A stretch of DNA of 64,000 bases, taken from the IMG/VR virus record IMGVR_UViG_3300026549_002477. One strand, given 5' to 3'. This document shows, piece by piece, positions 1 to 9,873 of this stretch. The translations under genes were made by a program, and so were the position numbers. The notes under the pieces were generated by a model that worked only from the letters and a program-made list of their open reading frames with translations, searched no databases and was not told the DNA's origin. The number at the start of each line of letters is the position of its first letter. Within the stretch, counting starts at the first letter, position 1. The DNA is from an uncultured virus (IMG/VR IMGVR_UViG_3300026549_002477). Lineage: Duplodnaviria > Heunggongvirae > Uroviricota > Caudoviricetes.

Positions 1-924
1 ATGGTAATTAGTATTGAAACTCAAAAAGAAATGTATAGGTATCTTCTATCTGACAAAAAGACAAACATAAGAAATATAGATAGCAATATACAAGAATTTT
101 TGAGACTGACAATAAAAGAGTTAGCTAAGAAACTATATTTAAGGACAGAGTTATATATTGGTAAGGTTCAGTTACAGTTAGATGAAAACAATAAGGTTGT
201 AAGAAAAAAGAACTATAAATGTGATTCTAACAAACTTATATATGACACATTACATGAGATTAAGAATGGTACAGACTTTGCAAATAAGGATATAGAAAAG
301 CAATTACAAGAGATAGACATTGATGATTATGAGTCTATACCAGAGAGCGGAACAGCTGACAGAAAAAAACTAATTAAGTCATGTATATTGTATTATCAAC
401 ATAAGGAAATAACAGAAGTATCAAAGGGAAAAAGCACTGAAGAATATGACATCATCAAGGAGTCATGGTTGGCAGAACAGTGTTTAGGAAAGTACAGTAT
501 CAATGACCTTGATTATGAATTAAAAGCAAAAAGTCAACCCAAATACTATGGTGGTGGAAAGTATGCACAGGTGCTTAAACCAGATATACAGTTGTATGAT
601 AAAGATAACTTGTTAATAATTGATGTAAAAGTATATAAGAATATACATACATATTCACATGGACAGCTTAAATACGGAAGTAATGCAAATAGATTTCAAG
701 TTAATTCATACATAGGAAAATGCTCAGACAAGTATCATAGAGATAATGTGCAAGGAGTTATATTACATATAGTCAATAGTGACATAATGAATAAGTATGG
801 AGAACTACAGGGGGCAGACATTACAATAGAAAATGATAGACCCATGAAATTATGGTTAATTGAGGATAAAGGGCTAGATTACATATTTAGAGAATATGAC
901 AGACTTATTGAAAATATACTATAG
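1..924 (+). CDS. McrC-like PD-(D/E)XK restriction nuclease subunit (may extend upstream of the window)
   Basis: C-terminal LKPDIQL...LLIIDVKVY...NANRFQVNSY matches the McrC pattern (P/T)DI..IID.K.Y..N..Q..Y; no McrB partner in the window. Confidence 0.6.
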   Translation: MVISIETQKEMYRYLLSDKKTNIRNIDSNIQEFLRLTIKELAKKLYLRTELYIGKVQLQLDENNKVVRKKNYKCDSNKLIYDTLHEIKNGTDFANKDIEKQLQEIDIDDYESIPESGTADRKKLIKSCILYYQHKEITEVSKGKSTEEYDIIKESWLAEQCLGKYSINDLDYELKAKSQPKYYGGGKYAQVLKPDIQLYDKDNLLIIDVKVYKNIHTYSHGQLKYGSNANRFQVNSYIGKCSDKYHRDNVQGVILHIVNSDIMNKYGELQGADITIENDRPMKLWLIEDKGLDYIFREYDRLIENIL

Positions 925-947
925 AACAGATAATAAATCATAATCTT

Positions 948-983
948 GAAAGACCTTCAAACAATGATTTTAGAGGTCTTTTC
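948..983 (+). terminator. Rho-independent terminator
   Basis: GAAAGACCT...AGGTCTTTTC stem just after the McrC-like stop. Confidence 0.6.
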
Positions 984-1166
984 TTATGGCACTCACCGAA
1001 ACCGAACTACAAGACATTATAAGTAGTTCAGTGGCTTTGATTAAAATGAAATAGAAGATGAATAAAATGGTTTGAAGATTATAAAGATGCACATGACATA
1101 CTAATAAATAGCACCTCTAGAATAAAAAATGTCATACTAAAAATAAAAACAGGAGAAGAGAAATAA

Positions 1167-1868
1167 ATGACAAATACTAATAAACTATTAACAATAAATG
1201 AATTACAGGAAGTTCAATACTTTAGCAATGAACAGAAGGAATTTTTAAAGAATTATCAGTTTAGTTATATATTACAGAATTATTGTGATGAATCAATGCA
1301 GACAGACGATGATTGTGGACATTCAATCACCAAGATAGCAGTAGTAGAAAATAATGGATATGGCGATATAAGATATATAGGCACAATAGATATAGCAACT
1401 ACAACATTTTGTTACGATGATTTAATACCAACACTATTTGGGAATGATGATGTAGTAGAACATTATATAAGCAGTAATAACATTAGCAAATTTCCAAGTT
1501 ATTGTAATAAAACTACAAAAAACATATTTAATGATAGTAGGAAAGAAGTGTTTGATAAGTTAGGCATTTTAGCTGATGCAGAGCAATGGTATAGGGAAAA
1601 ATATTCTACAAAAGAAATCGGCACTGATGCAGTATCAAGCTATATAAAGAATAGATTCGGACATCATATATTTTGTGATAAATGTCATTCATTAATAGAT
1701 TCACGTCACTGGAAAAACCTTGGATTTCAGAGAGATTACGAAATGATTGAAGTAGATGGAGAGCCAGTTGAGGTAGAAAGGGAATACTTTACTGTACAGT
1801 GTCCAATCTGTATGGAGTATAAGGAAGTAGACGCAAATAAGCATATAGAGCTCTTTGATTCCATCTAG
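1167..1868 (+). CDS. Hypothetical protein with C-terminal zinc ribbon
   Basis: AGGAG RBS; CDKC...CPIC cysteine pairs. Confidence 0.6.
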   Translation: MTNTNKLLTINELQEVQYFSNEQKEFLKNYQFSYILQNYCDESMQTDDDCGHSITKIAVVENNGYGDIRYIGTIDIATTTFCYDDLIPTLFGNDDVVEHYISSNNISKFPSYCNKTTKNIFNDSRKEVFDKLGILADAEQWYREKYSTKEIGTDAVSSYIKNRFGHHIFCDKCHSLIDSRHWKNLGFQRDYEMIEVDGEPVEVEREYFTVQCPICMEYKEVDANKHIELFDSI

Positions 1869-1956
1869 TTTAAATAAAGATGAAGTTGATATAATGGACA
1901 TTGTAAATATCAGCTTTGACGATGAAGTAACAGATTTCTAATATATACAGAATTAT

Positions 1957-1990
1957 TAAAAGACCCAAGTCAAAAGGCTTGGGTCTTTTT
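1957..1990 (+). terminator. Rho-independent terminator
   Basis: AAAAGACCCAAGTC-AAAA-GGCTTGGGTCTTTTT. Confidence 0.85.
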
Positions 1991-2022
1991 GTGCTTATAT
2001 AGATAGAGTTGATTTTGAAACA

Positions 2023-2412
2023 ATGGCATTTGATGAAAGTATGGATAGAGCACAGCAAGGCGATTTGATTTATTGTGACCCACCTTATACTCATAGTCAG
2101 AGCATTATCTATGGTTCACAGGCTTTCAGTATAGACAGATTATTTGATAAGATAGCAGAATGTAAAGAGCGTGGTGCTTATGTGATGCGATCCATAAATG
2201 GTAGTCGTGAGTCAAACAACAAAGATATTTCAGTAACACCACCTAATGGACTTTTTGAGCGTGACATAGCCGTAAATTGTGGTACTTCTATGATTGATAG
2301 GCTACAGAACGCAGGTGGCACTATGGAAAACGAAGTAGTTTATGAGGGCTATCAAGATGATTTGGTAGTCCTTTTATTTTATAAAATTTTTAGCTTTTTC
2401 TTGACTAGTTAG
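2023..2412 (+). pseudogene. C-terminal fragment of a Dam-family (D12 class) DNA adenine methyltransferase
   Basis: DLIYCDPPY catalytic motif IV lies near the ORF start; the SAM-binding FxGxG half is absent; the fragment begins right after a terminator with no RBS. Confidence 0.75.
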
Positions 2413-2428
2413 TATTAAGTGATATAAT
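2401..2428 (+). promoter_or_regulatory. Sigma-A promoter with extended -10
   Basis: TTGACT-16 nt-TATAAT, with TG one base upstream of the -10. Confidence 0.75.
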
Positions 2429-2451
2429 TTTAATTAAGGTGGTAAGAAGGT

Positions 2452-3033
2452 ATGAGAGAGTTTTTCACCAGTGATACACATTTCTTGCATAACAAAGAGT
2501 TTATATATGCAGACAGAGGATTTTCCTCAATAGAAGAGATGGATGAAGCTTTAATTGAGAATTGGAACAGTGTTGTAACTCCAGAAGATACCGTTTATCA
2601 TCTTGGAGATTTATTTTTAGGTACTGACTTAGAGGCTGGCGGTGAGATACTTAGAAGATTAAATGGGCATATTCATTTAATTACTGGTAACCATGATACA
2701 GAGAGAAAACTAGCTTATATAAAAGAAAATATACCAAATATAGAATCTATTCAACGATCAGAATGGATCAAAAGACATAAGAGAATGATTGTATTATCTC
2801 ATTATCCAGTGATTACAACACAAGCAGTTGATATTAGCCAGTCAACTAGTAAAAGTACTTTATGTTTCTTTGGGCATACACATCAGAAAACAAACTTTAT
2901 GAATGGTTTAAGGTTTGATTATCATGTTGGTGTAGATAGTCATAATCTTACTCCAGTTGACTTGGAAACAGCCTTGAATGATATAAAAGAACATTGGAAC
3001 AAGTTATATAGACAGAGTATGAATGAAGATTAG
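2452..3033 (+). CDS. Calcineurin-like metallophosphoesterase
   Basis: SDTH, HLGD, GNHD, SHYP and GHTH motifs. Confidence 0.9.
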   Translation: MREFFTSDTHFLHNKEFIYADRGFSSIEEMDEALIENWNSVVTPEDTVYHLGDLFLGTDLEAGGEILRRLNGHIHLITGNHDTERKLAYIKENIPNIESIQRSEWIKRHKRMIVLSHYPVITTQAVDISQSTSKSTLCFFGHTHQKTNFMNGLRFDYHVGVDSHNLTPVDLETALNDIKEHWNKLYRQSMNED

Positions 3034-3056
3034 CATTTGAAACATGAGGGAATAAA

Positions 3057-3149
3057 ATGAGTATGGAAAATAAACTTCATATTGTTATGCCAGCTTATAA
3101 TGAACAAGAGACAATACAGACATTTGGTGAGCTTGATGTATACGAATAA
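3057..3149 (+). pseudogene. 30-codon N-terminal remnant of a GT2 glycosyltransferase
   Basis: Manual translation MSMENKLHIVMPAYNEQETIQTFGELDVYE*; IVMPAYNE..TI is the GT2 N-terminal motif; GAGGG RBS present. Confidence 0.65.
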
Positions 3150-3161
3150 CGAATAGAGGTT

Positions 3162-3488
3162 TTGTATATGACTTACAAAGAATTGATAGAGAGCTTTATA
3201 GAAATTCGTGATAACACTGGGGATTCAAGATATAAGTTATATCTTTCAAATGGAAGATCATTTGAAATGTATTATCAGCATAATGGAATATATAAAGAAA
3301 GACCTAGATGGATAGTCGTGCTATATGTTTCTGCTAATGAATACAACAGTGGAATGTGCAATAATACAAATGGAATAGTGTTTATTGACAAGTATTATTA
3401 CAAAAGAGATGCATTGAATGACATTAGGGATTTTTGTGATACAAATAGATTAAGAGTAGTGAGGCTAAATAAAGATAGAAGATTTTAA
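3162..3488 (+). CDS. Hypothetical protein
   Basis: ORF with GAGG RBS; no recognisable motif. Confidence 0.55.
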   Translation: MYMTYKELIESFIEIRDNTGDSRYKLYLSNGRSFEMYYQHNGIYKERPRWIVVLYVSANEYNSGMCNNTNGIVFIDKYYYKRDALNDIRDFCDTNRLRVVRLNKDRRF

Positions 3489-3620
3489 CATATCAAAACA
3501 ATCGTTTATAAATACATATAAATCTCATAATTTTGTTGAATATACATTAAATATAGCTGCTAAATAATATAAAAGTGTTAATAAATAATAAAGAGAGAAG
3601 TTGGAAGGTCGGTAATAAAC

Positions 3621-3938
3621 ATGTATAGAGCAGATGACTTAGCAGATTATATTATATACAAGTGTAATAAGGATGGGAACAGAATAAATAATTTACAATT
3701 ACAGAAGATTTTAAATTATATACAAAATTATTATATACAAGCATTTCATAGAAAAGCTTTTTCAGATGATTTCATAGAATCAAAGTATGGATCAGTTGTT
3801 CCGAGTGTATACAGTAAATATAAAAATTATAACAATAGTCCAATAACTGATACAGATCATAAAGTATTTAATAATATAAGGGATGAAGATAAGAACTATA
3901 TAGATATTATTATTGAAAGCGAACGGCAGTTGAGGTGA
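3621..3938 (+). CDS. Panacea/SocA (DUF4065, GepA-like) antitoxin-family protein, probably C-terminally truncated
   Basis: ADDLADYII...INNLQLQKILNYIQ...F.DD....YG.VVPSVY family signature; the usual C-terminal TH..PW motif is missing. Confidence 0.7.
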   Translation: MYRADDLADYIIYKCNKDGNRINNLQLQKILNYIQNYYIQAFHRKAFSDDFIESKYGSVVPSVYSKYKNYNNSPITDTDHKVFNNIRDEDKNYIDIIIESERQLR

Positions 3939-4090
3939 GCAATGGAATGTTTATCTATAATAAAAGAGCATATAGGGATAAACATTCTATTTGTGGTAAT
4001 ATACAATATTAGCAAAATTGGAGCAAGTCAGTTATCATTGGTAATTTATGATAACTGACTTATTTTGTGCAAATACAGAAAGGAATCATT

Positions 4091-4387
4091 ATGAAACTTG
4101 TAACTTTATTGAAGAAAAACATACATATTTTTGAAACATCACATAGTTCATCTGCCAGAGCAGACGCTGGATGCAATATATCTGCTTTAATTGATCTAGC
4201 AGTCGGAATGAAAAGATTTGACTTAATTTCTGATAATGCTTATTGTGAGTTCAAAAATATAATGCAGGAAAAAGAATACACAATTATGCCAGCTTTGTAT
4301 TGGCATGGTTATCAAGGTCAGATATCTTGGGTATGTGAAAAGTTCTATGGTGATAGACAGGCATGGGTTGGTCATGTAGGTCGTTGA
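4091..4387 (+). CDS. Hypothetical protein
   Basis: AAAGGA RBS before ATG 4091. Confidence 0.55.
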   Translation: MKLVTLLKKNIHIFETSHSSSARADAGCNISALIDLAVGMKRFDLISDNAYCEFKNIMQEKEYTIMPALYWHGYQGQISWVCEKFYGDRQAWVGHVGR

Positions 4388-4411
4388 TACATTAACAAGC
4401 AGGAGGTCAAG

Positions 4412-5638
4412 ATGCCTAAGAAAGAAATTTATGATCACTTAGGAAATAAATATAATAGTATAGCAGACCTTTGTGATCATTATGGAATTTCAGTTCCATT
4501 ATATTATAAGCGAGCTAAGCTAGGTTGGAGTTTAGAGAAAATATTAGCAACTCCTGTTAGTAATGATTTTAAACCTCATAAGTGCAAAGATCACTTAGGC
4601 AACGAATATGACAGTGTGTCAAACATGTGTAAGGCTTATAATATTGGAGTATCAACTTTTCAAAATAGGCTAAAACGTGGATATAATCTTAAGCAAGCTC
4701 TTACAAATGACAGTTTGCATTTAGAAATATATGAATATAGAGGTAAGAAATATTCCAGCATATATAGTATATGTAGAGACTATGGATTTACTCGTTATGC
4801 TATAGAAAATTATACTAGAAAAGGAATGTCCCTAAATGAAGCGCTAGATAAAGTTATAGAGAATAAGAGCAAGGTTTACACAGACCCATTGGGTAGAGAG
4901 TTTAAGACATTAAAAGAATTATGTGCTGCTTGGGGAGTAGATGTAAAAACAGTAAGAATTAAATTAAGAGCTGGAAATTCATTAGAGGAAGCACTTAGGG
5001 TAAATAAGAATAACCGATATGAAATAAAAGACCATTTAGGTAATACATATAAAAATAAAGCAGAGTTGTGCAGAGCATACGGAATAACTGTAGGCACTTT
5101 AAATGACAGATTAAAAGCCGGAATGACTATTGAACAGGCATTGACAAACAAAAAGAGTACTGTACCAATAAAATGTAAGGATTATAAAGGAATAGAGTAT
5201 AGAAGCTTTGATGAGATGTGCAGAGCTTATGGAAAAGAGACAGGAACTGTAAGAAGTAGAATCAAATCTGGATATAGTTTAAAAGATGCATTAACTGGAG
5301 AGACAAGGAAGCAGCGAAAAGGGTCAATAACTGATCCATTTGGAGTTGAGTATGAGTCAGTAGCAAAGATGTGTAAAAAATACAAAGTTAATGACACTGC
5401 TTATGGTTATAGATTAGACCATGGTGCTTGCATGGAAGAAGCACTTAGAATTATTCCGAACTTTTCAAGTGATATGGGAATAAGGGATGTTAAAATTGAC
5501 AGTAGGATTACAGTGATAAGCAAGTTTAATGATTATTATAAAATTTCATATAATGGGTATGAAACATTATGGACGCATGATGACATAGTAAATTATTACA
5601 GAAAGCATATATTGAAAAACAATCCGCTGCATAAATGA
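4412..5638 (+). CDS. Tandem-repeat protein with 7 x ~50-aa HTH-like repeats (putative DNA-binding array)
   Basis: Repeat consensus D(H/P)LGxxYxSxxxxCxxYGIxxxTxxxRLxxGxSLxxAL; AGGAGG RBS. Confidence 0.8.
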   Translation: MPKKEIYDHLGNKYNSIADLCDHYGISVPLYYKRAKLGWSLEKILATPVSNDFKPHKCKDHLGNEYDSVSNMCKAYNIGVSTFQNRLKRGYNLKQALTNDSLHLEIYEYRGKKYSSIYSICRDYGFTRYAIENYTRKGMSLNEALDKVIENKSKVYTDPLGREFKTLKELCAAWGVDVKTVRIKLRAGNSLEEALRVNKNNRYEIKDHLGNTYKNKAELCRAYGITVGTLNDRLKAGMTIEQALTNKKSTVPIKCKDYKGIEYRSFDEMCRAYGKETGTVRSRIKSGYSLKDALTGETRKQRKGSITDPFGVEYESVAKMCKKYKVNDTAYGYRLDHGACMEEALRIIPNFSSDMGIRDVKIDSRITVISKFNDYYKISYNGYETLWTHDDIVNYYRKHILKNNPLHK

Positions 5639-5660
5639 AAATGAATAGGAGGTCAGCATT

Positions 5661-7571
5661 ATGAATACACTCAGTAAAGAAGAAATTAGAAGAAGAACTT
5701 ATGTAGATGTTGTTCAAAAACTTAAAAAATACAAAAAATGTGTATTGTGCAGACCAACTGGATTTGGAAAGACAGTTATGCTTACCAAATTAACTGGAGA
5801 GATACTGAGGGAGAACAAAAAGGTTTTGTATGTTTATCCTGAGGAAGTTATTCGAGAAGACGTTGCAAATAGATTGAACAATGATGATATGCTTAGGACA
5901 CTTGAAATTTTTAAGCGTTCAAAAAATCCAAATCTTGAGTTTATGACTTATGCTAAATTGGCTAGAGTAAATCAGAAAACAGTGTTTAATCAGTACAGAC
6001 TTATTATATTTGATGAATGTCATAGAATGGGAGCAGATAAGACTTCTAAAGGCATTAAGATGTTGTTAAGTCAGCAGAATAAGCATTGTATGATACTTGG
6101 GGCTACAGCTACGCCAATTAGAGGTGATGGGGTTGACATAATCAATAATTTCTTTGATAACATAGTAGTCAGCAAGTTTACTTTGTTTGATGCTTTTAAG
6201 ACTAAAATGATTAATCGTCCATACTATTGCTATTTTGAAGTTGGAACATCAAATTTTGGTGATAGAGCTATAGAGGCTGGATGGAAACATTATGCAGAGA
6301 TGCAGAAATACAAAGAAGACACTGAAGAGTATCAAGAGGCCCATAAAAATTATGTAAAAGATAAGGTTGGCGAGCGTTCAAAATATGTAGAGAATGCTTT
6401 TACAGCTGGTGAAGTGCCTGATGAGCAGGGTAGATTATTTGTTACACATGTAATGAAGTCAAAACTTGCTGAGCATTGTAGCATTCAGAATATACCAGGA
6501 ACAATAAGAAAATATTGCATTGAAAAGAAGCTCATATCTAAAGAATACCCGTATGGGAAGTTTATTGTATTCTTTCACAGTATCGGACATGTAGATGAGA
6601 GAGAAGCGGAAGTAAAGAGTTGGTTTAACAAGGCATTTCCAGAGTTTAGAGTCAGAATTACAAAAATTTATACTGACTCAGCAGATGATGTGAAAGCTTT
6701 ACAGAATCTGTCTTATAGTAAGGGAGTTATAGATTTAATTTTCTGTATAGACATGTTAAATATGGGATACCACATCAATGATTTGACAGGCATTGTAATG
6801 TATAGGGCAACTAAGTCAAATATAATTTACACTCAGCAGTTAGGAAGAGCACTTAGTTCTGGGGCAGAGAGACCGAGTATTGTGTTTGACATTGTTGATA
6901 ATTTACACAGAAATGATGTAATAACTGAGGATAAAGGAATAGCCAAGAGAGCTAGTTTTGATACTTCAAATAGGGGAAATGATAAGCAGGTACAAAAATG
7001 GTTCAAAGAGTTTGACCAGTCAGATGATAAGACAAAGATTCCAGAGGATGTACCAAAGGAAAAAGTTGATGAATACTTTGCAAAAATTCAAGATACTGAT
7101 GACTTTGGAAATCTAACCGGAAAGTTTCACTGGGTTAAGAAGTGGTGGAAATTAACAAATTCAGTTGACCCAAAGACTGACTTTATATCCGTTGATGGTC
7201 TTGCCACAGACCGTGAGATTATGGCTAAGACAGCTGCTTATACAATTGCTATTAAATGTAGAATGGCTTATGAAGCATATGTAAGACAGTTGTGCAGAAA
7301 AGAAAACATTGAATTTGGAATAGCTATCCAAGATTTGGAAAAAGTTATAACTAATGGTGATGTAGAAACATTTGTGAATACAGTCAATGATGCTGTGGCA
7401 GATAAGCATATAAGAGAGTTGCTAAGTACATGGCAATTTTCTAAAATAGAGGGAGATAAAAAAGTAATACCATTAAGGGCATTTGCAGCATTGAAGGGAG
7501 TCAGTGTTAGAGAAGTGTTGTACCGGTTAGGGTTTAGGGGTAACATTACAAGTATTGATAGTATTGAATAA
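5661..7571 (+). CDS. Superfamily 2 (DExH, ResIII-like) helicase/ATPase
   Basis: PTGFGKT, FDECH, GATATP, MLNMG and QQLGRAL motifs; AGGAGG RBS. Confidence 0.9.
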   Translation: MNTLSKEEIRRRTYVDVVQKLKKYKKCVLCRPTGFGKTVMLTKLTGEILRENKKVLYVYPEEVIREDVANRLNNDDMLRTLEIFKRSKNPNLEFMTYAKLARVNQKTVFNQYRLIIFDECHRMGADKTSKGIKMLLSQQNKHCMILGATATPIRGDGVDIINNFFDNIVVSKFTLFDAFKTKMINRPYYCYFEVGTSNFGDRAIEAGWKHYAEMQKYKEDTEEYQEAHKNYVKDKVGERSKYVENAFTAGEVPDEQGRLFVTHVMKSKLAEHCSIQNIPGTIRKYCIEKKLISKEYPYGKFIVFFHSIGHVDEREAEVKSWFNKAFPEFRVRITKIYTDSADDVKALQNLSYSKGVIDLIFCIDMLNMGYHINDLTGIVMYRATKSNIIYTQQLGRALSSGAERPSIVFDIVDNLHRNDVITEDKGIAKRASFDTSNRGNDKQVQKWFKEFDQSDDKTKIPEDVPKEKVDEYFAKIQDTDDFGNLTGKFHWVKKWWKLTNSVDPKTDFISVDGLATDREIMAKTAAYTIAIKCRMAYEAYVRQLCRKENIEFGIAIQDLEKVITNGDVETFVNTVNDAVADKHIRELLSTWQFSKIEGDKKVIPLRAFAALKGVSVREVLYRLGFRGNITSIDSIE

Positions 7572-8243
7572 TTGGGGGTGAAAATAATTGTGGTACCAAA
7601 TAATTCTAAAATAACAAAAGGACCGGATGGAAAGGTTTATAATAGCATATCTGAAATGTGTCGGGCTTATGGGATTTCTACTTCTTTATACAGATATAGA
7701 TTGAAGCGAGGTTTATCTCAAGAAGAGGCTTTGAAAAGTGATATTGATAAAAATTATTACAGGAGTAAGAAGTCAATTAGGCTTGAAGAAATTTGTAAAC
7801 AGAGAGGAATAACTCCAGATACTTATCACAAGAGAATTGAAGCTGGGTATTCAGTTGACCAAGCACTTATGCCAACTGAACATAATCATAAGCATAAGCA
7901 GAAGCAGGTGTCAAGCAAAGCTAAACCATGTGTAGATTTTATGGGAAGAAAGTTCAATAGTAAAAAAGACATGTGTATAATGTATGGCATTGATACAGCT
8001 ACATTTGATAATAGAATTTCACATGGTTGGAGTTTAAAAGATGCTTTAACAACAAATGTTGGAGAAAAAAGAAAAGAAGTTGACTTCACGAATACTGCTA
8101 TATTAGCTCCAAATGGTGAGAGATATAAATCAGTTGAAGACTTATGCAAAGCATATGGGCTTGATGCAGTCAAGTTTAAGTACTTTATAAACGAAGGTTG
8201 GAATTTAGAAGCATCAATACATATGTCAAGGATTAAAAAATAA
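7572..8243 (+). CDS. Tandem-repeat protein with 4 HTH-like repeats of the same family as 4412..5638 (start may be GTG 7590)
   Basis: DGKVYNSISEMCRAYGISTSLYRYRLKRGLSQEEAL plus three further copies, the second lacking the N-terminal hairpin. Confidence 0.8.
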   Translation: MGVKIIVVPNNSKITKGPDGKVYNSISEMCRAYGISTSLYRYRLKRGLSQEEALKSDIDKNYYRSKKSIRLEEICKQRGITPDTYHKRIEAGYSVDQALMPTEHNHKHKQKQVSSKAKPCVDFMGRKFNSKKDMCIMYGIDTATFDNRISHGWSLKDALTTNVGEKRKEVDFTNTAILAPNGERYKSVEDLCKAYGLDAVKFKYFINEGWNLEASIHMSRIKK

Positions 8244-8362
8244 AGTTTAAAGTATTAACTAGTGAAGATATTGATAAAGCAAGAGTAGTTCACGATGAAG
8301 ATTTTAAAGATGTAACGGATTGCTTGTTTAATTATTTTGAAGAACATGTGATAATTGATGAT

Positions 8363-8394
8363 AAGGACGCTGAATAATAAGTAAGCGTCCTTTT
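8363..8394 (+). terminator. Rho-independent terminator
   Basis: AAGGACGCT...AGCGTCCTTTT. Confidence 0.7.
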
Positions 8395-8460
8395 GTTATG
8401 CTTATAGCAGATATGTAAAATAAGTAGTTAATTTTTAAGAAATATTGTGAGGTATTAAAA

Positions 8461-9852
8461 ATGAAAGTCAACTATTTGCAAATGTATGCATACAACGCTA
8501 TGATGTGTGGGTATAATGTATTTATTGGTGGTGGAGCTGGTACAGGAAAGACTTTCATTGTTAAGAAATTTATTAAGGATGCCCGTAAAAAGGGGCTTAA
8601 AATTATGATAACTGCGCCAACAGGTTTAGCTGCTTATAATATTGGTGGAGTTACATTACATCATCAATTTAAGCCACCTATGGGGCCTATCTATCAGGAT
8701 AAAAGTAAGTATGAAATAAATGAAGAATTGCTAGAAACAGATGTATTAGTTATTGATGAAATTTCAATGTGTAGGATTGACTTATTTGATTTTGTAGCCA
8801 ATCAAGTAGTAAGAGCATCAAAACAAAGAAGTTTGGCTGGTAAGCCAAGAATTCAGTTAATTTTACTTGGAGATTTCTTTCAATTACCACCTGTAATTAG
8901 GGGATCAGAGAAAGTTGTACTTGATAAACATTATAAAAGAGACATTGGACCTGGATACTGTTTTGAATCTGTGTATTGGGACATGTTTGATTTTAAGTAC
9001 ATCATTTTAACAGAAGTAGTCAGACAGCAGGATGCAGAGTTTATAAGGAATCTAAATGCTGTTAGAACTGGTGATATATCTGCTATTCATTATTTTTATG
9101 AGAGAAGTAGTAAAACTCCAATAAATGGAGCAATTACTCTTTGTGGCGTAAACAAAGAAGCTGATGAGATAAACGAAAGAGAGTTGCATAAACTTAATAA
9201 AGAGATTAGTGAAATTAGAGCAGTAGCTTATGGTGAAGTGAATGCACAAGATGTTATAGCTGATAGAGTCTTAAGGCTAGCTGTTGGAGCAAGGGTAATG
9301 TTACTTGCAAACAGTGAATTTTATAAGAATGGATCATTTGGTGTGGTAACTGCCATAAATGTAAGGGGTATAGCTATTGAAGAAAACGATACAATCATTG
9401 TGAGACTTGATAATGGCATTGAAGAAGAGATTAAACCATATCAATGGGACGTATATAGATATGAGTTGGAAGATAATAAAGATGGAACTCAGAATCTTGT
9501 TAAAACAAATGTTGGTCAGTTTATACAATTTCCATTGAAGTTAGCTTATGCAATTACGATACATAAGTCACAAGGACAGACATATGATGCAATGAACTTA
9601 AGTCCTTATAGCTGGGATTGTGGACAATTGTATACTGCATTGTCACGTGTAAGAAGTATAGACAAGTTGTATTTGAATTATAGCATTGATAGGCAGTATG
9701 TAGCAGTATCAACAAGTGTAATAAGGTTTAATAATAAAATAGCAAAAGAAGCAAATAAGACACTTGATTTTAATGTTAACCTAAGGCAGACAAAAGAAAT
9801 TAGAACAGAATATAGTGATGACTTAAATAAAGTAATAAACTTAATAAAATAA
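8461..9852 (+). CDS. Pif1-family SF1B 5'-3' DNA helicase
   Basis: GGAGTGKT, APTGLAA, IDEISM, GDFFQLPPV, RQQD, QFPLKLAYAITIHKSQGQT and YTALSR motifs. Confidence 0.92.
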   Translation: MKVNYLQMYAYNAMMCGYNVFIGGGAGTGKTFIVKKFIKDARKKGLKIMITAPTGLAAYNIGGVTLHHQFKPPMGPIYQDKSKYEINEELLETDVLVIDEISMCRIDLFDFVANQVVRASKQRSLAGKPRIQLILLGDFFQLPPVIRGSEKVVLDKHYKRDIGPGYCFESVYWDMFDFKYIILTEVVRQQDAEFIRNLNAVRTGDISAIHYFYERSSKTPINGAITLCGVNKEADEINERELHKLNKEISEIRAVAYGEVNAQDVIADRVLRLAVGARVMLLANSEFYKNGSFGVVTAINVRGIAIEENDTIIVRLDNGIEEEIKPYQWDVYRYELEDNKDGTQNLVKTNVGQFIQFPLKLAYAITIHKSQGQTYDAMNLSPYSWDCGQLYTALSRVRSIDKLYLNYSIDRQYVAVSTSVIRFNNKIAKEANKTLDFNVNLRQTKEIRTEYSDDLNKVINLIK

Positions 9853-9873
9853 CATTTGTAAGGAAATATAACT

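Noticed and set aside
987..1040. tRNA or IS-end-like hairpin (GAACTAC...GTAGTTC)
   Set aside because: Only a 7-bp stem; no cloverleaf, T-loop consensus or transposase nearby.
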